A stretch of DNA of 61,962 bases, the filler included, from Sphacelaria rigidula (Eukaryota): the NCBI GenBank assembly GCA_964200075.2. It is 9 parts of 9 records of this genome, joined end to end, with 100 filler letters (N's around TTAATTAATTAA, not from the genome) between each part and the next. Parts side by side here need not be neighbours in the genome. Positions count along the whole stretch, not along the records: positions 48,273 to 55,067 come from CAXNAA020018046.1; positions 55,168 to 61,962 come from CAXNAA020018047.1; 7 more parts are not named here. The stretch is one strand, 5' to 3'. A program made the translations under genes and the position numbers. Below are positions 49,250 to 61,962 of this stretch, in pieces; within the stretch, counting starts at the first letter, position 1; each line of letters begins with the position of its first letter. Below the pieces are notes generated by a model that was not told the DNA's origin, ran no database searches, and was given only the letters and a program-made list of their open reading frames with translations.

Positions 49250-52200
49250 AGCTACTGGCAACCGCAAGCTTGGTTGGGGTGCTCCCTCTGCTGTTGAACA
49301 TCAGTACGTGCTACGGGGCCATGCTGAAGGATGCTGCAATGATCTCGCTTGATCCGGCGCTCAGCAACCCTGTCGAGATTCTCTACGCCTATCCCGGTGA
49401 GAATGGAGAATGCCTCCTCATGTGTGTGTTCATGTACAGTACAGTAGAGCACGGATCAGTACACAACGGTTAAGAGCACAGCGCAGTACAGTAGCTTGCA
49501 TGTGTTTTGTCCGGTACAGTACGCTAGGGTGACGTGATAGTGTGACAGCACACGGTACGCTGGGCCCAAAAGCGCTTTTAGTACGGAACAATGTTATTGA
49601 ATTCCCCACGGCTACGCGACTGGAGACATGCTGCGGTTGCAACTTGATTGTCTTGCTACAAACCTCGGTGCACGCCTCTTCCGGCAGATTGCAGGTGCAA
49701 AAGTTCAGTTTCATAGCCCCCCGCCACTGCGCCGCAACGCTTCAACATGCACCATCGCACTCATACAAAAACGCTCAGAAGTCAACACAGAACGAGTACT
49801 GTTGATCGTACGTTCTGTCTTCAAGTTGAGAATGAACGGGCACATGAATCAATTTACTGAAGGTCGCGTAGTGCGCATACCGGCGAGCACGCCGGCGAGC
49901 ACTTGGGACTGTCGGATCAAAACTCGCCACGAAGATGCAAATGTCACTGATTGTCATCACCTCTAACAACGATGAGTGCACCATGGGTTTTCGGCCGCTT
50001 CGCGTGAACTTTAAATAAGTGAGGACACCTGAGAGATATACGTGACGTATTCTGTCCATTTTCTCTGGGTTTTGTAGTTGAGCTACTGTTGTTTCATCAG
50101 TATTGTAGTCACACAACATTAGCATCATGGATATGTACATGATCGAATCAAGATCACCAGTTACCCACTGCGAGATCGTGGTACTCATACGTGGGACTGA
50201 GGAAACACAGGTGTACTGTACTGATAGTTGGGGACTGAGCCTCGGGAAAATTGAAAAGTGTAACCATCTATCCGTACAGCTACTCGTAGTATGAACTAAA
50301 ACTACAGTTAGTTGATATTTGGCGTAGTTGTTTTCCAGGCTACTACGAGTAGTATAGTGGCAGACCTTTCACAATCCGGTTTGAACACCCACAGTTCTAT
50401 AGCCGGACTGTATGCGTTCATCCACGCGGTGTTTGGCGTGGGTAATGGTTGACGTGGTTGTTTCCAAGAGTGCAAATGCCGCAGCTTTCTTTCATCATGG
50501 CCATATCTTCAGGTGATAGGCGGGCAAGTTTCCTATCCGATACCGCTACATGCAACGATGGCAAGCAATTGTTGAATTTTCAGGGGTTTTGCTCGTTCGC
50601 ATGTCTGGCGTTCAACATTTTCATCCGATGGTGAGTCATCTAGGTAAATTTGGGGAGGGCTTTCATCCCACCGCTGTTTACACGTAGAGGAAGTTTCTTC
50701 GTCGCGTAGGTACCCGAGCCATCCGTCAACAACGAAAGCACGTGCCGTTTTCCGGTTGTGCTCATCATGTTGTCCAAGGTACAGTCCGACAAAAACGTTC
50801 GTAGGAAATCGTGATCACGTCATCCAAAACAATCTAGCGTGTTGTAGTATGTAAGCTTCGACACGCTATCGTAGAAACACTGCGCTGCATGCACCAACCA
50901 GCCTTTGAACCAGCTTCGTGCACGGCTTGCGGACGGTTTCCGCGCCTCAACAAGAAATAAATAATCAAAAATTCAGCCAAAAACGTCAACCTGAGCCGCC
51001 GTGATCAACCGCAGCTGTACTTGCACTTCCTCGGACGAAAAAGATGTCCTCGCGTCAAGAAATGCCCGGGCTTTCTACACAATCGGCAAACAAGCAAAAG
51101 CCAATGCGTGGTGTTCACGACACGGCCCTAAGATCCCAACGACCCCCTTCTGGCTGCAAGCAAGCTTCGGTTCGTGAAAGTGGTATCCCTCAGAAGTTCA
51201 GCCCTCGGTGCACATTGCTCCTTCTTATCAGGTCATGTTCATTCAATAATTCCCCATCAACCACGCACCCCGCAGGTTTTTGGGCGCTCTTTTGGTACCG
51301 ACTAAGCCACGCCCCCGAGAAGCGGAACATCCCCATCGTGTCAGCGCTATGGCCCAGGGCAGCGATGTCCATGGTTCGCTACGCCACGGCCATCGATATC
51401 CACCCTAAGGCTCAGATTTCAGGCGATGGTATACTGATCGACCACGGGGCTGGCTTGGTTGTCGGTGCTGATACCGTCATCGGAAAGGGGGTCACGTTGT
51501 ACCAGGGGGTTACGCTTGGAGCCACTGGTAAACGGGTGAGCAAAAGTTGTGGAAGTAGTCTTTCGTGTGCATGCGGGTTTTGGGGGAAGGGGCGGCAACG
51601 GACATGTGGCGAGGTGAAGCGGAGGGGCATAACGAGGCAAGCGTGTTCGTCATTTGTTCAAAGGACGCGCGTTCTTTAGTACAACCTGCGCACCTTACAC
51701 GTTTGCCGAGTTTCCGGTTCAGCTGAATCGATACATGACACTCAGCACGCCAAAAGAGGTCTTGTCTAACACGTAAGTGGTTATAGTTACCGTGGCGATC
51801 ATACTTCTCCTGCAGTCTCGTGGCGTCAATCAGCGATTGATGCGATATCTCTCAGATGAAAAAAGCAAGTGATGACCAACGCGTGAATGTGCAGTGACCC
51901 GATCCCATCGCTATATTAGCTCACCACATATGAAAGTCTTGAGTGCCTTTTCGCCAAGAATACGTAGAGAAGAAGCACGTTGTCATCGATCGATTGCACT
52001 GCTTGACCCCTGTGAAAAAATACGAACTCGGTGCTCACGACTAACGCCCCCCCCCTATCCCATCCCCCCCCCCCCGCCGCCTCCTCTCAATCATCATCCG
52101 TACCCCCGACGCGTGACACTTGCGCTACAGGTACCCCAGGGGAAAAAGAGGCACCCCACGATCGGAGATAGCGTAACAATCGGTGCGGGGGCAAAAGTTC

Positions 52201-53621
52201 TAGGAAACATCGTGATTGGAGACAAAAGCTTGGTAGGAGCTAACTCTGTGGTCACCAAGCACGTGCCACCTGACCACACCGCCGTCGGTAAGCACATACG
52301 TATGAGAACGTATTTTCTTTGGTGGTGCGGCAGTCATTCCATGGCTCTTGTTTTTTTTGTGCGAGTGTCGTGTTGTTTTCTGGATGTTCATGTGTCGGCT
52401 GTGCATAGAGTGCTTTTGTGTGTGTGTATATATATATTATACATATTGCCCTGCTAGTGCCTACTTGACGTTTCGACACGAGTGCAGCAGGGGGGCGAGG
52501 GGCGTACTCATTTGTTGCTTGCCTTAGTCATTTGACCATTGACCACGCATCCCTTTCGAGACGGAGCATCAGGGGAGAAATATCGTTTAAATACGGGACT
52601 GTATGCAGCTCTTAGTTGGTTCGGCATTATACACCGGTATTTTTGGCGCCGAGGTTATAGTCAGGAGAAACCAGCACCGTGAAATGAAGCAATCAATGAA
52701 GAGAAGGCAAAGATGTGCAGTGTGCAGGGGCGCCCTTCTATGCCCCTTACCTTCTCCCGTCGCCCATCTATCTCCCTGCCTTGAATCCCGACAGGTATTC
52801 CCGCTCGAGTGCTGTGCCATGGATCAAAATCCGGGAAAGACGTCACTGGCTCTGCGATCTGCGAGCTACACCGGCGCCTCCTGAATTTGGAGCGACAGTC
52901 CCCCGAAACGGCAACCCCGACAAAACTTCAGCAATCCCAAACGTACGCAACACCGACAACTACATCGCGATCTTCCCGCACTCCAGCGCTTCCCACATCC
53001 GCGGGAGAGGCTACTGCTGCTGGTGCTGCTTTGGTCAACGCCGCCGCCAATTCTACCGTGGCCTCTGGCAGCGTGGACCAAGGTCGACTACCGGAAAGCA
53101 ACAGCAGTGACGAGGAACGATCTGCGGAACAACGACAGGATTCGCCAGCGATGGCGGTGCCGCTGCCGGCACGAGAACAGTCGGCGCAGGGAAGATCGTG
53201 GAAGAAAGGGAGGACCACGTTTGTTCAAGCTGCCGCCCCCTCATCCGCAACCGCGGCGTTGGAAGGAACTCGAGTCGTCAGCTCTTTGTCGCCTATGGTA
53301 GAAACGCAGAGGGTGGTGCCCTCGCACATATCGGCCACGCGGGTCGCTCAGGAAAAGGGCGAAGTAATTATGTCTGACATTGGTAGTGATGGACAGGGTG
53401 AAGGATTATCAATCCCTCAGGTCGCTGGCTTAGACAAGAAAAGGTGCAGTACGGTTGGGCATGGGGATGGATTTTCGTGGGAGAAAAGGTACACGTACCC
53501 CGCTACCGATGACCGCAGCAGACCGATGTCTGCCACACAAGACGGACAAGATCAGAAGCGCGGCGTCGGTGCCGTGGAAGAAGTACTCTATGGTTTGCGT
53601 GTGGGCGGGAGTGACGACTGA
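49250..53621 (+). CDS. SAT: Serine O-acetyltransferase (CysE/SAT) with a long C-terminal extension; 5' end uncertain
   Basis: Exons 49250-49396 (...[17 protein letters not shown]), 51276-51535 ([11 protein letters not shown]...IDIHPKAQI...[11 protein letters not shown]...[14 protein letters not shown]), 52131-52287 ([25 protein letters not shown]...[12 protein letters not shown]) and 52795-53621 (GIPARV plus tail). Phases 1/0/1 match, and the canonical hexapeptide LbH motifs are present. Confidence 0.93.
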
Positions 53622-56416
53622 TTCGACTTGCGCTGAGATTCTTGAACCGTTGTTGCAGCGAACGAACAGAGGCATTTTTATCCGCGGTGCTTTCATGTTT
53701 GATTCGTCTTGGAACAGGATGTTTTCGTGCTTGATATCTAGAGACGAACACTGTCCTGTATAGAAATCGCAGTCACTGGTACTGGCCAGCTAAGCGGTGA
53801 AGCATGAGGGTGCGATGCTTCTGCTGTAGAGACGAGAGTTGGTGGAAAAGTGGATTTGAGTGGATTATGTGCATTATGTGGATGAATTTCATGTTGTAGT
53901 AGACATCGAGGGGTGAACTCGGTTTAAAAATGAAGTTTAGCGGTGGGGATCGCGGTGAATGTATGGATTTTGTGGCGGTCGGTAGTCAATAGAATTGTAG
54001 GTGGATGTTGCGATGTGCGGGTTTAACGCCTTGATTCTGCACAAGATTTCTAGTGGTGAAATGTCAACAGGAAGCTTCTCTTTTACGAGAGGATCGGCTT
54101 TGAACAGTACTCCGAAATCGTGGATGTCCCAATAGATAGTTTTACCGTGTACTTGGGTTTTGAATTACACCCACAGTGATTATTTTCACGTCCATCATGC
54201 TTGTCGGACGAGCGTCCTCAGGTTTACAATCTGTGGATGTGTGTAACTTGAGATTGTGTACATGGGAGCGTTGCGCTAAAACCTGTGAGTCCGTTCGCTG
54301 GTAAGTTCGGGTTTTGCGTTTTTGCTGTGTTGGTTATTTGTTTCGGTGTTCTTGTGTCGTGATAAGGTCTCTACATCCTTCATTAGATAGAAGAGGTGGT
54401 GTTCCAACGGTGTTGTCTAGCGAGGAATTGCCGGTCTGGTTCTTTTCAATAATGAAAAGATGGATGACAGTTTGTTCACGTGTTCAAAACAGCGGAATGT
54501 GTGATAAGAGTGTTACAATTAACGAAGTGAAGGGAATATAGAAGAGCTATCTTGGGTTAAGGGCCATGGCGTGGGAACCACCGGGAATCGACGACGATAA
54601 TTTAATGTACTCCGAAAATATGTATTTGTTCTGTTCGCGCTTCGGTCGAGCTCGTTCGCCGGATGCACCCCCTCCCCCCCCCATGCAACACCCATGAGGC
54701 AGTGTATAAGCCATGGCTGTCTCTGGAAGTGGCGATACCAGACAATGAAGCAACTCATTGTAGGCTATCATCCGAATGCAAGACAATCAGCAGGCCTCGG
54801 GCCGAACAATCTTAGCGGGATGCAGCTCACCCTTTCTGCGACTCGCCAAACACACCACGGCGCTTCGCGCCCGGTGACTGAGTGCGAGCCTGGTCTGGCA
54901 AGAACCCGGCGTGCTCCGTCCCAGCTTTGTAGCGATGCGAGGTCAATGGTCTTATGACTATGACATGCATGATCATGAGTATAACCTATGCAAATAAAAA
55001 AAAAAAAAAAAAAACACAAAAAACCAACAAACACAAAAAAAAAAAAAACAAAAACAAACAAAAAAAANNNNNNNNNNNNNNNNNNNNNNNNNNNNNNNNN
55101 NNNNNNNNNNNTTAATTAATTAANNNNNNNNNNNNNNNNNNNNNNNNNNNNNNNNNNNNNNNNNNNNTTTTTTTTTTGTTTTCCCCCCCAACGGTTCCCA
55201 TTTCTTGAAACTACAGTTTTTTTTTTTTTTTTTTCCGATGGTCTTATCCATTAGTTTTGATTCCTTTGTTTTTTACGACTACTGCCATGAGCCAATAACC
55301 CGGAGGCATTTTCCCCTTCGTAGGTCTCGGGTCACAAGATGAAGTAATGACTACACATGGGATAAACCGAGGCAGAAAGGTCATAATCCTCCGGAGAGGT
55401 CGTTTGGTATGGAATATGATCTTGGCTACGTCCTCGAGAAGACCAAAACTAGCGAGAAAAAAGAGTGGTCAGGTGAAGGACGGGTACGTTGTGACGAGAG
55501 TCAAATTTAGTGTAGAGGTCATGCTCTTTTTTTTAAAGAATCAAGATCTTCTGGATACTGTGAGGACAGCTGAGCTGAAATCAATGAGCTTCTTAGGGAT
55601 GTGGTCCAAATTTTGAAATGGGAGATTCGTTTTGCGCGCAGAGCTGCCCTCGCATTTCTAACCTCTCCACCTAGATCACTCTCGTTCTGATCGCCCATTC
55701 AACAGCTTGTTGTACTGTTGGAGTTAGGGTTATCAAATAGCTCGTTTTGCTGTCCGTGCGACGGTCAGAGAAGACCCATCAAATTACTCACCAATAAACT
55801 AATGAAAGGACATGAAAAACCATCAGCCTTCGTCATCTCTGCTCTTTCAGTACCGAAGGCTCTGGACGGCTGGTTCCCACACGCCAACAAACGCCAACAG
55901 TAACGTACTTGGGGATCCTACGAGAAGTGCGATCCTCACACATTATCGTCGACAACAGCTTGTTGCCGAAACTTACCGAAAACCGGTTGTTTAGGGGGTT
56001 AAATAAGGAGTGGCGCCCTACGTGCCAATCAAATACACCATCACCCACGATAGCGGGAACCTCGTCTTTCATTCCCTTAACCTTTACACCTCAACTTTTC
56101 ACGGTTCGGACGAATCATCACCGGTTCAAATGACCATATCCACGATCTGTCAGGCCTGATTGCTTGAAAAAGAGAAAAAAAAAATACCGCTGGTCAAAAA
56201 AGGTCTCCACGCATTTTTTGCGCCATTCCACGTGCCTGGGCTGCGCGTACCTGGGTTGCAACGCTGAAGACAACGCCTAAGGATTGATTTGTACGGTACG
56301 AATCAATTTCACTAAAATCAAGTTATTTCCAGACGAATTGTTAATCCGTCCGACCCTTGCAACTTTCGTTCTTTCTCTTCGCTTTCCCTATAATGGTTGC
56401 AGGCAGCTTTTTTTAC

Positions 56417-58617
56417 CTTAGACTCTGCCACCTTGGCTTCCTCCTTTGAGTTCGACAGCGCACGCTCCAAGTCTCTCGTGTCTTGCCCCGTCTCGTTCAG
56501 CTTAGACCGCTGCCGTTCGCACAGGGCCGTGAGCTCTTTCAATCTCTCCTGCTCCTGACCTCTCTCGAACAACAAGGTCTCCTTATCCTGCAGGCGGTTA
56601 TTATAATTTTTTCCAACTGTTATTATTTCCACGCATTAGCACATTAGCCCGACTTGTCGAACCCGTGGTCACAGACGTAGGCTCGCCTTTCCAGCACCGC
56701 CACTACTAATCCTCACATGAGATAGAAGCGCTTGTTGAGCGGGTTCTACTGAAACTCCGAAAACAAGCAAAAATAAAAAAATAAAACAACGAAACAATAG
56801 AGAGAGAGAGAGAGAGAGAGACCAAGAAAACAGCAAGAGGAGAGGTCTTCACCCGAGTTGGTCGGTGTGCGATAAAACGAACAAAGCAGGTTTGCCAATA
56901 AAAGTAAAGTAAATGAACTAAACGGATACGAAGCGAGAGTCAAAGAAGATCCCCAAGTACGCACAGAGAAAGATTTTGTAGCCACCAACACTGGTGCTCG
57001 AGAAAACGACGAGAGAAAAACTGACACGTTTTGCAAAATATAGAGCTCTACAGTCTGTAACGACAACGTGTGTGCTCGTTCTGCATCGATGGAATCATAA
57101 AAGAAATGCACCTTGACGACTGAGTGGTACAACTGTCTAGTTGTATTCTGCACGGGTATAGCGGTTACGAAAGACACGCCGTGAGCCGAAAAACAGTGAG
57201 TAGGAGTTTACGACAGATAGCACGGCATATCAAATCCCACCTTATATCATTTTCGATACTGGGCATTGCCGGCGTTGCACACACCGCGGGATCTCGCGGG
57301 TGTACTACACAGACGTGTGTTGTAAGTATTAGGACACACAAAAAAAACAGAAGCTATGATATCCAGAATTCAGCCCTGCATACAACGCAAATTATCTCAG
57401 AAACAAACGTGAGTACATACGACCAACACATTTCAGTCACCCTCTTGGACTACGAAAGAAGCATTTGGATTTTTTCCGCAGGGGCATTCATTCGTACATC
57501 ACAGTCAAGCCACGCATGGAGTCACTAACGAATGACAGCTTTACCACCATCGAAGGCTCAACCATATGGGCGCCATACTTCTTTTCAGAGCAACATATGG
57601 CCGGCAGATGTTAAATGCCGGTAATGCCCACGATATAGTCAAGCAACTCCCTTTTGTTTGATGCGAGTAACACCCCCGATATCAACATACCGTGTACTAT
57701 AATATACCCAGGCCACTCATCATGGCGTTGTTTCACAACCAAAGCGGCTGTGCTTCACACACTTCCAGTATTCCACCCAAGCTCACTATCCAATCTGAGG
57801 GAGGGTTGGTAGCAACAGGGGGGCTACGCGCCTGAAAAAAAAACACTGCAAGGTCAACTTCACCACCGACATTTTCTTCTACACACTTTCGACCCCTTTC
57901 CTGCCGCGGGACGAGTCCGTGGTCTCAAGCGATCGCCCCATACCCTCCCGATAAACACGCCTCCCACGTAATGTACTAAATAAACGTAATGAGCTCCCAA
58001 GTGTTGGAGGTGTCTCTATTAGGAGTATTAACGGTGCCCCGTCTCGGAAGGGATGCGTAGTCAGTGGTCAAATGACCAAGGTAAGCAACAAATGAGTACG
58101 CCCCTCCCCCACACGCTTGATACATTATGGTTCGGCGGATTGATTACTCTCGCACCACGTCGACTCTCTCTCTTTCTCCCTCTCTAAGTGTACTGAGTCT
58201 TGCTACTTACGTACGTCTTCACGTCTTCTACAACGGAAATCACGTAATTCTCGGGAAAAACATATCAAAATAAAACGCATACACCGGGAATCAGATCCAC
58301 ACTCATCCGACCCATCGTATCAGTTGTGCTATCAAATCAACGGGGCGTGGCTTTATCCACCTAAAATCCTACCGCACATGCGTCCGCAGATATCAAAACT
58401 CAAGATACATGCATACTTCGAAGTATAAAATACGTCGAGAGCATGACAGGAGGGGGGCTGCCCGGAGTCGAGATGCACAGACCTTTCGAGCCCTGTCCAA
58501 TGTCTTGATGTGATTAGCCATAGTTGTCTCCAATTCTCCTTTGGACGCCCCCAGAGCGGCTTTGGCTTCTCGCAGCAGCGCAGACATGGAATCCACGTCA
58601 CGCCTAGCCTTGGCACA
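56417..58617 (-). CDS. Coiled-coil protein, two internal exons
   Basis: Exons 58617-58483 (CAKARRDVDSMSALLREAKAALG...) and 56587-56417 (DKETLLFERGQEQERLKEL...). Both have CAG acceptors and GT donors, are phase 0, and are E/K/R/L-rich. Confidence 0.7.
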
Positions 58618-59007
58618 CTGGAGGATGACCGGTCGCGGAAGTACAGGGAGTTGTAGCGGCATATGTAGAGGCTTTCGGACGGCATCGCAATTCGTGTTTC
58701 ATTATGGCATCAAATCACCACAGTGATGTGATTCAGGTATTTTCCATGTGTTCGACATTGCTATACTTCAGTGTAACTATTCGGATCGATGTCTGTCTTC
58801 CCAGAAACAAAATTCGGTCGACAAAAGATGAGGGACCCGTCGCTTCCCGAAGAATGCAACTGTACAGTAGCTGCCTTGCAGACCAAGGACGCGGTAGCTC
58901 ATACTCAGCATACGGCTGGGTCAGATATTTTACACGTCGGACAGCTCGTGAGCTAGCTCATCTGCCGGCTGCAGCTCACTTGTGGTCAAACATGTGCCGA
59001 TGAGCTA

Positions 59008-59557
59008 CAGTAGTGGGCGGTCTAACTATTCAAAGGTGTTTGGAGCTTTTCCTCGCGTACTACTCTTCGATAGAACTCGAAATTGCTAGCGTAGGTAGAT
59101 TTCGGTACAATGAACAGATCATCCTCGAAACAAAGAGTCTGAGTCAGTGTTAGTTTTGTGTTATCGGGCGATACCAGTAACTACTCCGTTTATCAGAAGG
59201 GTGTTATTGACCGTGAAACAAAGTTTTTTAGCTCTAGTGCAATGAGTAGGTGGAATTTCAAAAACAAAAAACTGCACATTTCTTCAAAACTAGGATCGGG
59301 ATAGGCTCGATCGACCGAAAACACCGAATAGCAAGAATATGGGTTGAAACGTGGCAGGACCCCCGGTGACCGGTCAGCCCGTAATTCACTCCTTATTGGG
59401 TGCATATGAATTTTTTCGTTGAAATCTGGAGCGGATACAAATATCTTGAGATCCCCGATGTAATAAGCGGTGGCAAGCAAAAAGAGCCCGGGAAAATCGT
59501 CAATTACGAAAAAATCACAAAATGCCACAAGATGAATAGTTAAACCGCTCATCACTG
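59008..59557. mobile_element. Tc1/mariner(pogo)-type MITE, second copy
   Basis: TA|CAGTAGTGGGCGGTCTAACTA ... TAGTTAAACCGCTCATCACTG|TA, collinear with 30128-30671. Confidence 0.85.
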
Positions 59558-60269
59558 TATGCCTGACGGCTCACACAGGGCAAACATGCGCCGATGAGCT
59601 TCGCCCGGTAGCTCACCAAGGGCAAACAGCTTTCATAAATCAGTAGGGAGCAACGCTCAAAAAGAGCTCGCTCGAGCTACAAGGAGCTGATCTGTCCGAC
59701 GTGTGCAAACGTGTTACTATAATCCTTTGAGCGTCGGGCCTCGTTTCGGCACAATATTTCCGCCGGCACTCCTGCGGGATACGTGCAACCATGCACTGTA
59801 CTAGAACAGTTGAGCAACGTGCATTACAGTTACAGTACAGCACTATTCGTACTACCTGCATACAGCAGGATGTAGAAGTCAATTTGCATACCGTAGGACA
59901 GTGGCTGTACTAAAATTGTTCACAACAACGTGCAGTACAGACAGTACAGTTATGTCTGTGCTTTCAGCAGACAGTACTGTAGTACAGGGGTCTGCCGTAT
60001 AGATACTGGCACCGCAGTGCATGCGACAGTGCCAAGGAGATGATGAATGATGGTGATCTACAACCGCTAGCCAGGGGCCATCGTTTGCCTGTGTTTCACC
60101 AGGGCCACGGATGTTCCGAGAACATGCACCAACGCGGAACACACAACACAGATACGTGACCATTCTCCTCCACCAACATGCATCACCCGGACAGAAACAG
60201 TTCCTCTCGCGTAGCGCTCATCCTTCACGAACCATGAGTACCTCTCATACGTGTCTAGTTCATCCCAGG

Positions 60270-60720
60270 AACACATGTGCAGATGAGCTGCGTCCGGTAA
60301 CCTACCCAGGGCAAACATGCGGAGCTCATTTTTTTTGTCGCAGTTTGAACCCCTCCCCTTCCTCGGGACGAGTCCGTGGTCTCAGGGGATCATCCCATCT
60401 CTCCCCCGGTACACGCCTCGCACTTTGGTCTCGCGGATTGGGTCAGCACTCCCGCACCGCGTCAACTCACGTCAAACAAACTCAGTCAACTACTCTGTTT
60501 ACTCACGTTCTCACGCTTTCCACGGTGTGAATCAGATGATACGAAGAAAAATCATGTTGCCCTCATAGCTCACCCAGGGCAAACCTGGGTAGCTCATGGA
60601 GGCCTAATATCTCACCCAGGGCAAACATGCGTAGCTTGTGTAGCTATCATAGCTCAGCAGGCAGCTACGCTCAAAACAGCCAGCTAGAGCTGCAGGGAGC
60701 TGATCCGTCTGACATGTAAA
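60270..60720. mobile_element. Composite repeat: (G/T)CTCACCCAGGGCAAAC units around a SINE-like insert, ending in GGAGCTGATC.GTC.GAC
   Basis: Units at about 59570-59630, 60300, 60568 and 60610. The terminal motif also occurs at about 13827-13865 and 59682-59708. Confidence 0.6.
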
Positions 60721-61962
60721 TGATATTGTGATTGTATTTCAACGGTTCAAGCAAACGCCGGTCTAGTACTGTACTGACTGCTCTCCGCAGCGATGGAAGT
60801 TCTTTTGCTGTGGGAGATACCCCACTCGAGGTTTGCATTTCTTCTTGCCTGCAATATGGGCGTTCAGCTCCCATGATTTATGGTAGTAACCGTTACGCGC
60901 ATGTCATTGTCGGCGCCCAATGGATGCCACCCTTTTGCCGGAGAGGGCTGTGACATACATGTGTACGACGAGCCCAGCCCCGGCGGAGGCTGTGATCACG
61001 ATCACGATCCTAGATTACGTACAGCAGCGAAGCATAGATTTCCAACGGGAAAAATGACGGCAACGTTATTCCATCGTCGTCTGGATTTATCGGAAGTTGT
61101 CCGCGCTTTTTCAAGTCATCATATTTTCCTCGTCGAGTGCACAACGCACTTGAAAACGAAAGGCGTGCGTGCACCGGGGAATAAGTGACGGGCTTATCCA
61201 TTGAGACCGCTGACTCGTAGGAAAGAGGTTAGAAGTGTAACGAAAAATACGAAATATGTCGAATCGATAGCAGCTCTCACGCAGTATGGCAGCCAGAGCA
61301 GCCGAGAAGAACGGTATTATAAAGCGTGCATAGCGTTCAGTTCGAGCCATACTGCACACAACGAGGAGGGCAATGCAACTCCCAACACGTGTTTTGTTTC
61401 TCCTCGTCGTATCATCAACCCTTGCCCCCGTTTCCTCGGGACGAGTGCGCAATCTAAAGGTACCAACATACATTGCCCTCAGTAACTGTCTCTTCACTTT
61501 GTTATCGAAATCATGTTGCCAGCTCACATTCTCTCGTATTCGAAAAAGAGGAGCCAGAAGGAAAAGACTTTCCCGTCCGAACTAGAGTCGGTATTATGGG
61601 CAGCACGTTCTTTACGTTCTTGAGGTTCCGTAGTTCCGGTCCCCTAGACAACATCCACGATGATTATGTCCCACGGCCAACAGCTCCCTAGCTGTCGTGT
61701 CCGAAACGAGACTCACTCTCTCAAGAACCATCAACTATCAATCCGTGTGCGTCTCGCACCGCACAGACAACCCCAGACTCTACAGCGAGGACCATAACAC
61801 AGCGTCTGCGGTGCTCTTAGCATATCCCTTGGATAATGCGCGATCGCGCCCCGGTGGTCTGTCTATTGGTCTAATGATGGTCTGTCTATTGGTCTAATGG
61901 TACAACTGACACCATTAGGGGGGGGGGGGGTGTACTCATGATCATGCATGCCATAGTCATCA

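Noticed and set aside
13971..53621. Primase + PARP + JAMM + PPR + peptidase as a defence island or viral/giant-element gene cluster
   Set aside because: The genes lie on different concatenated contigs, and most are ordinary spliced nuclear genes.
6798..55167. Regularly spaced TTAATTAATTAA 'repeats' every ~6.9 kb as a biological array
   Set aside because: They are embedded in fixed N runs and are artificial six-frame-stop linkers.

Overview
Eukaryotic, intron-rich, repeat-rich DNA, most likely from a brown alga (Phaeophyceae/Ectocarpus-like stramenopile; inferred from gene families and intron style). It is not one locus. Eight identical 100-bp linkers (44 N + TTAATTAATTAA + 44 N) join nine pieces of 6797, 6797, 6796, 6796, 6796, 6795, 6795, 6795 and 6795 bp, i.e. 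length-sorted unplaced contigs, so neighbourhood across linkers carries no information. Genes rebuilt by hand from splice sites with matching phases: a SpoU/TrmH RNA methyltransferase (partial), the last exon of a PARP-like ADP-ribosyltransferase, DNA primase small subunit (5' part) head-to-head with an unknown gene, a metzincin/peptidyl-Asp-like peptidase with a WSC domain and a degenerate zinc motif, an MPN+/JAMM protein, an intronless P-class PPR protein with about 17 motifs, serine acetyltransferase with a long C-terminal tail, and a coiled-coil protein. Introns and intergenic DNA hold MITEs, tRNA-derived SINE-like elements, piggyBac-type termini, palindromes and microsatellites. No CRISPR array, rRNA gene or convincing intact tRNA gene was seen. 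The best leads are the putative pseudo-peptidase-WSC gene, two spacerless palindromes built from head-to-head tRNA-like units, the very homogeneous PPR array and a TTAA-linked cluster of piggyBac-like ends.
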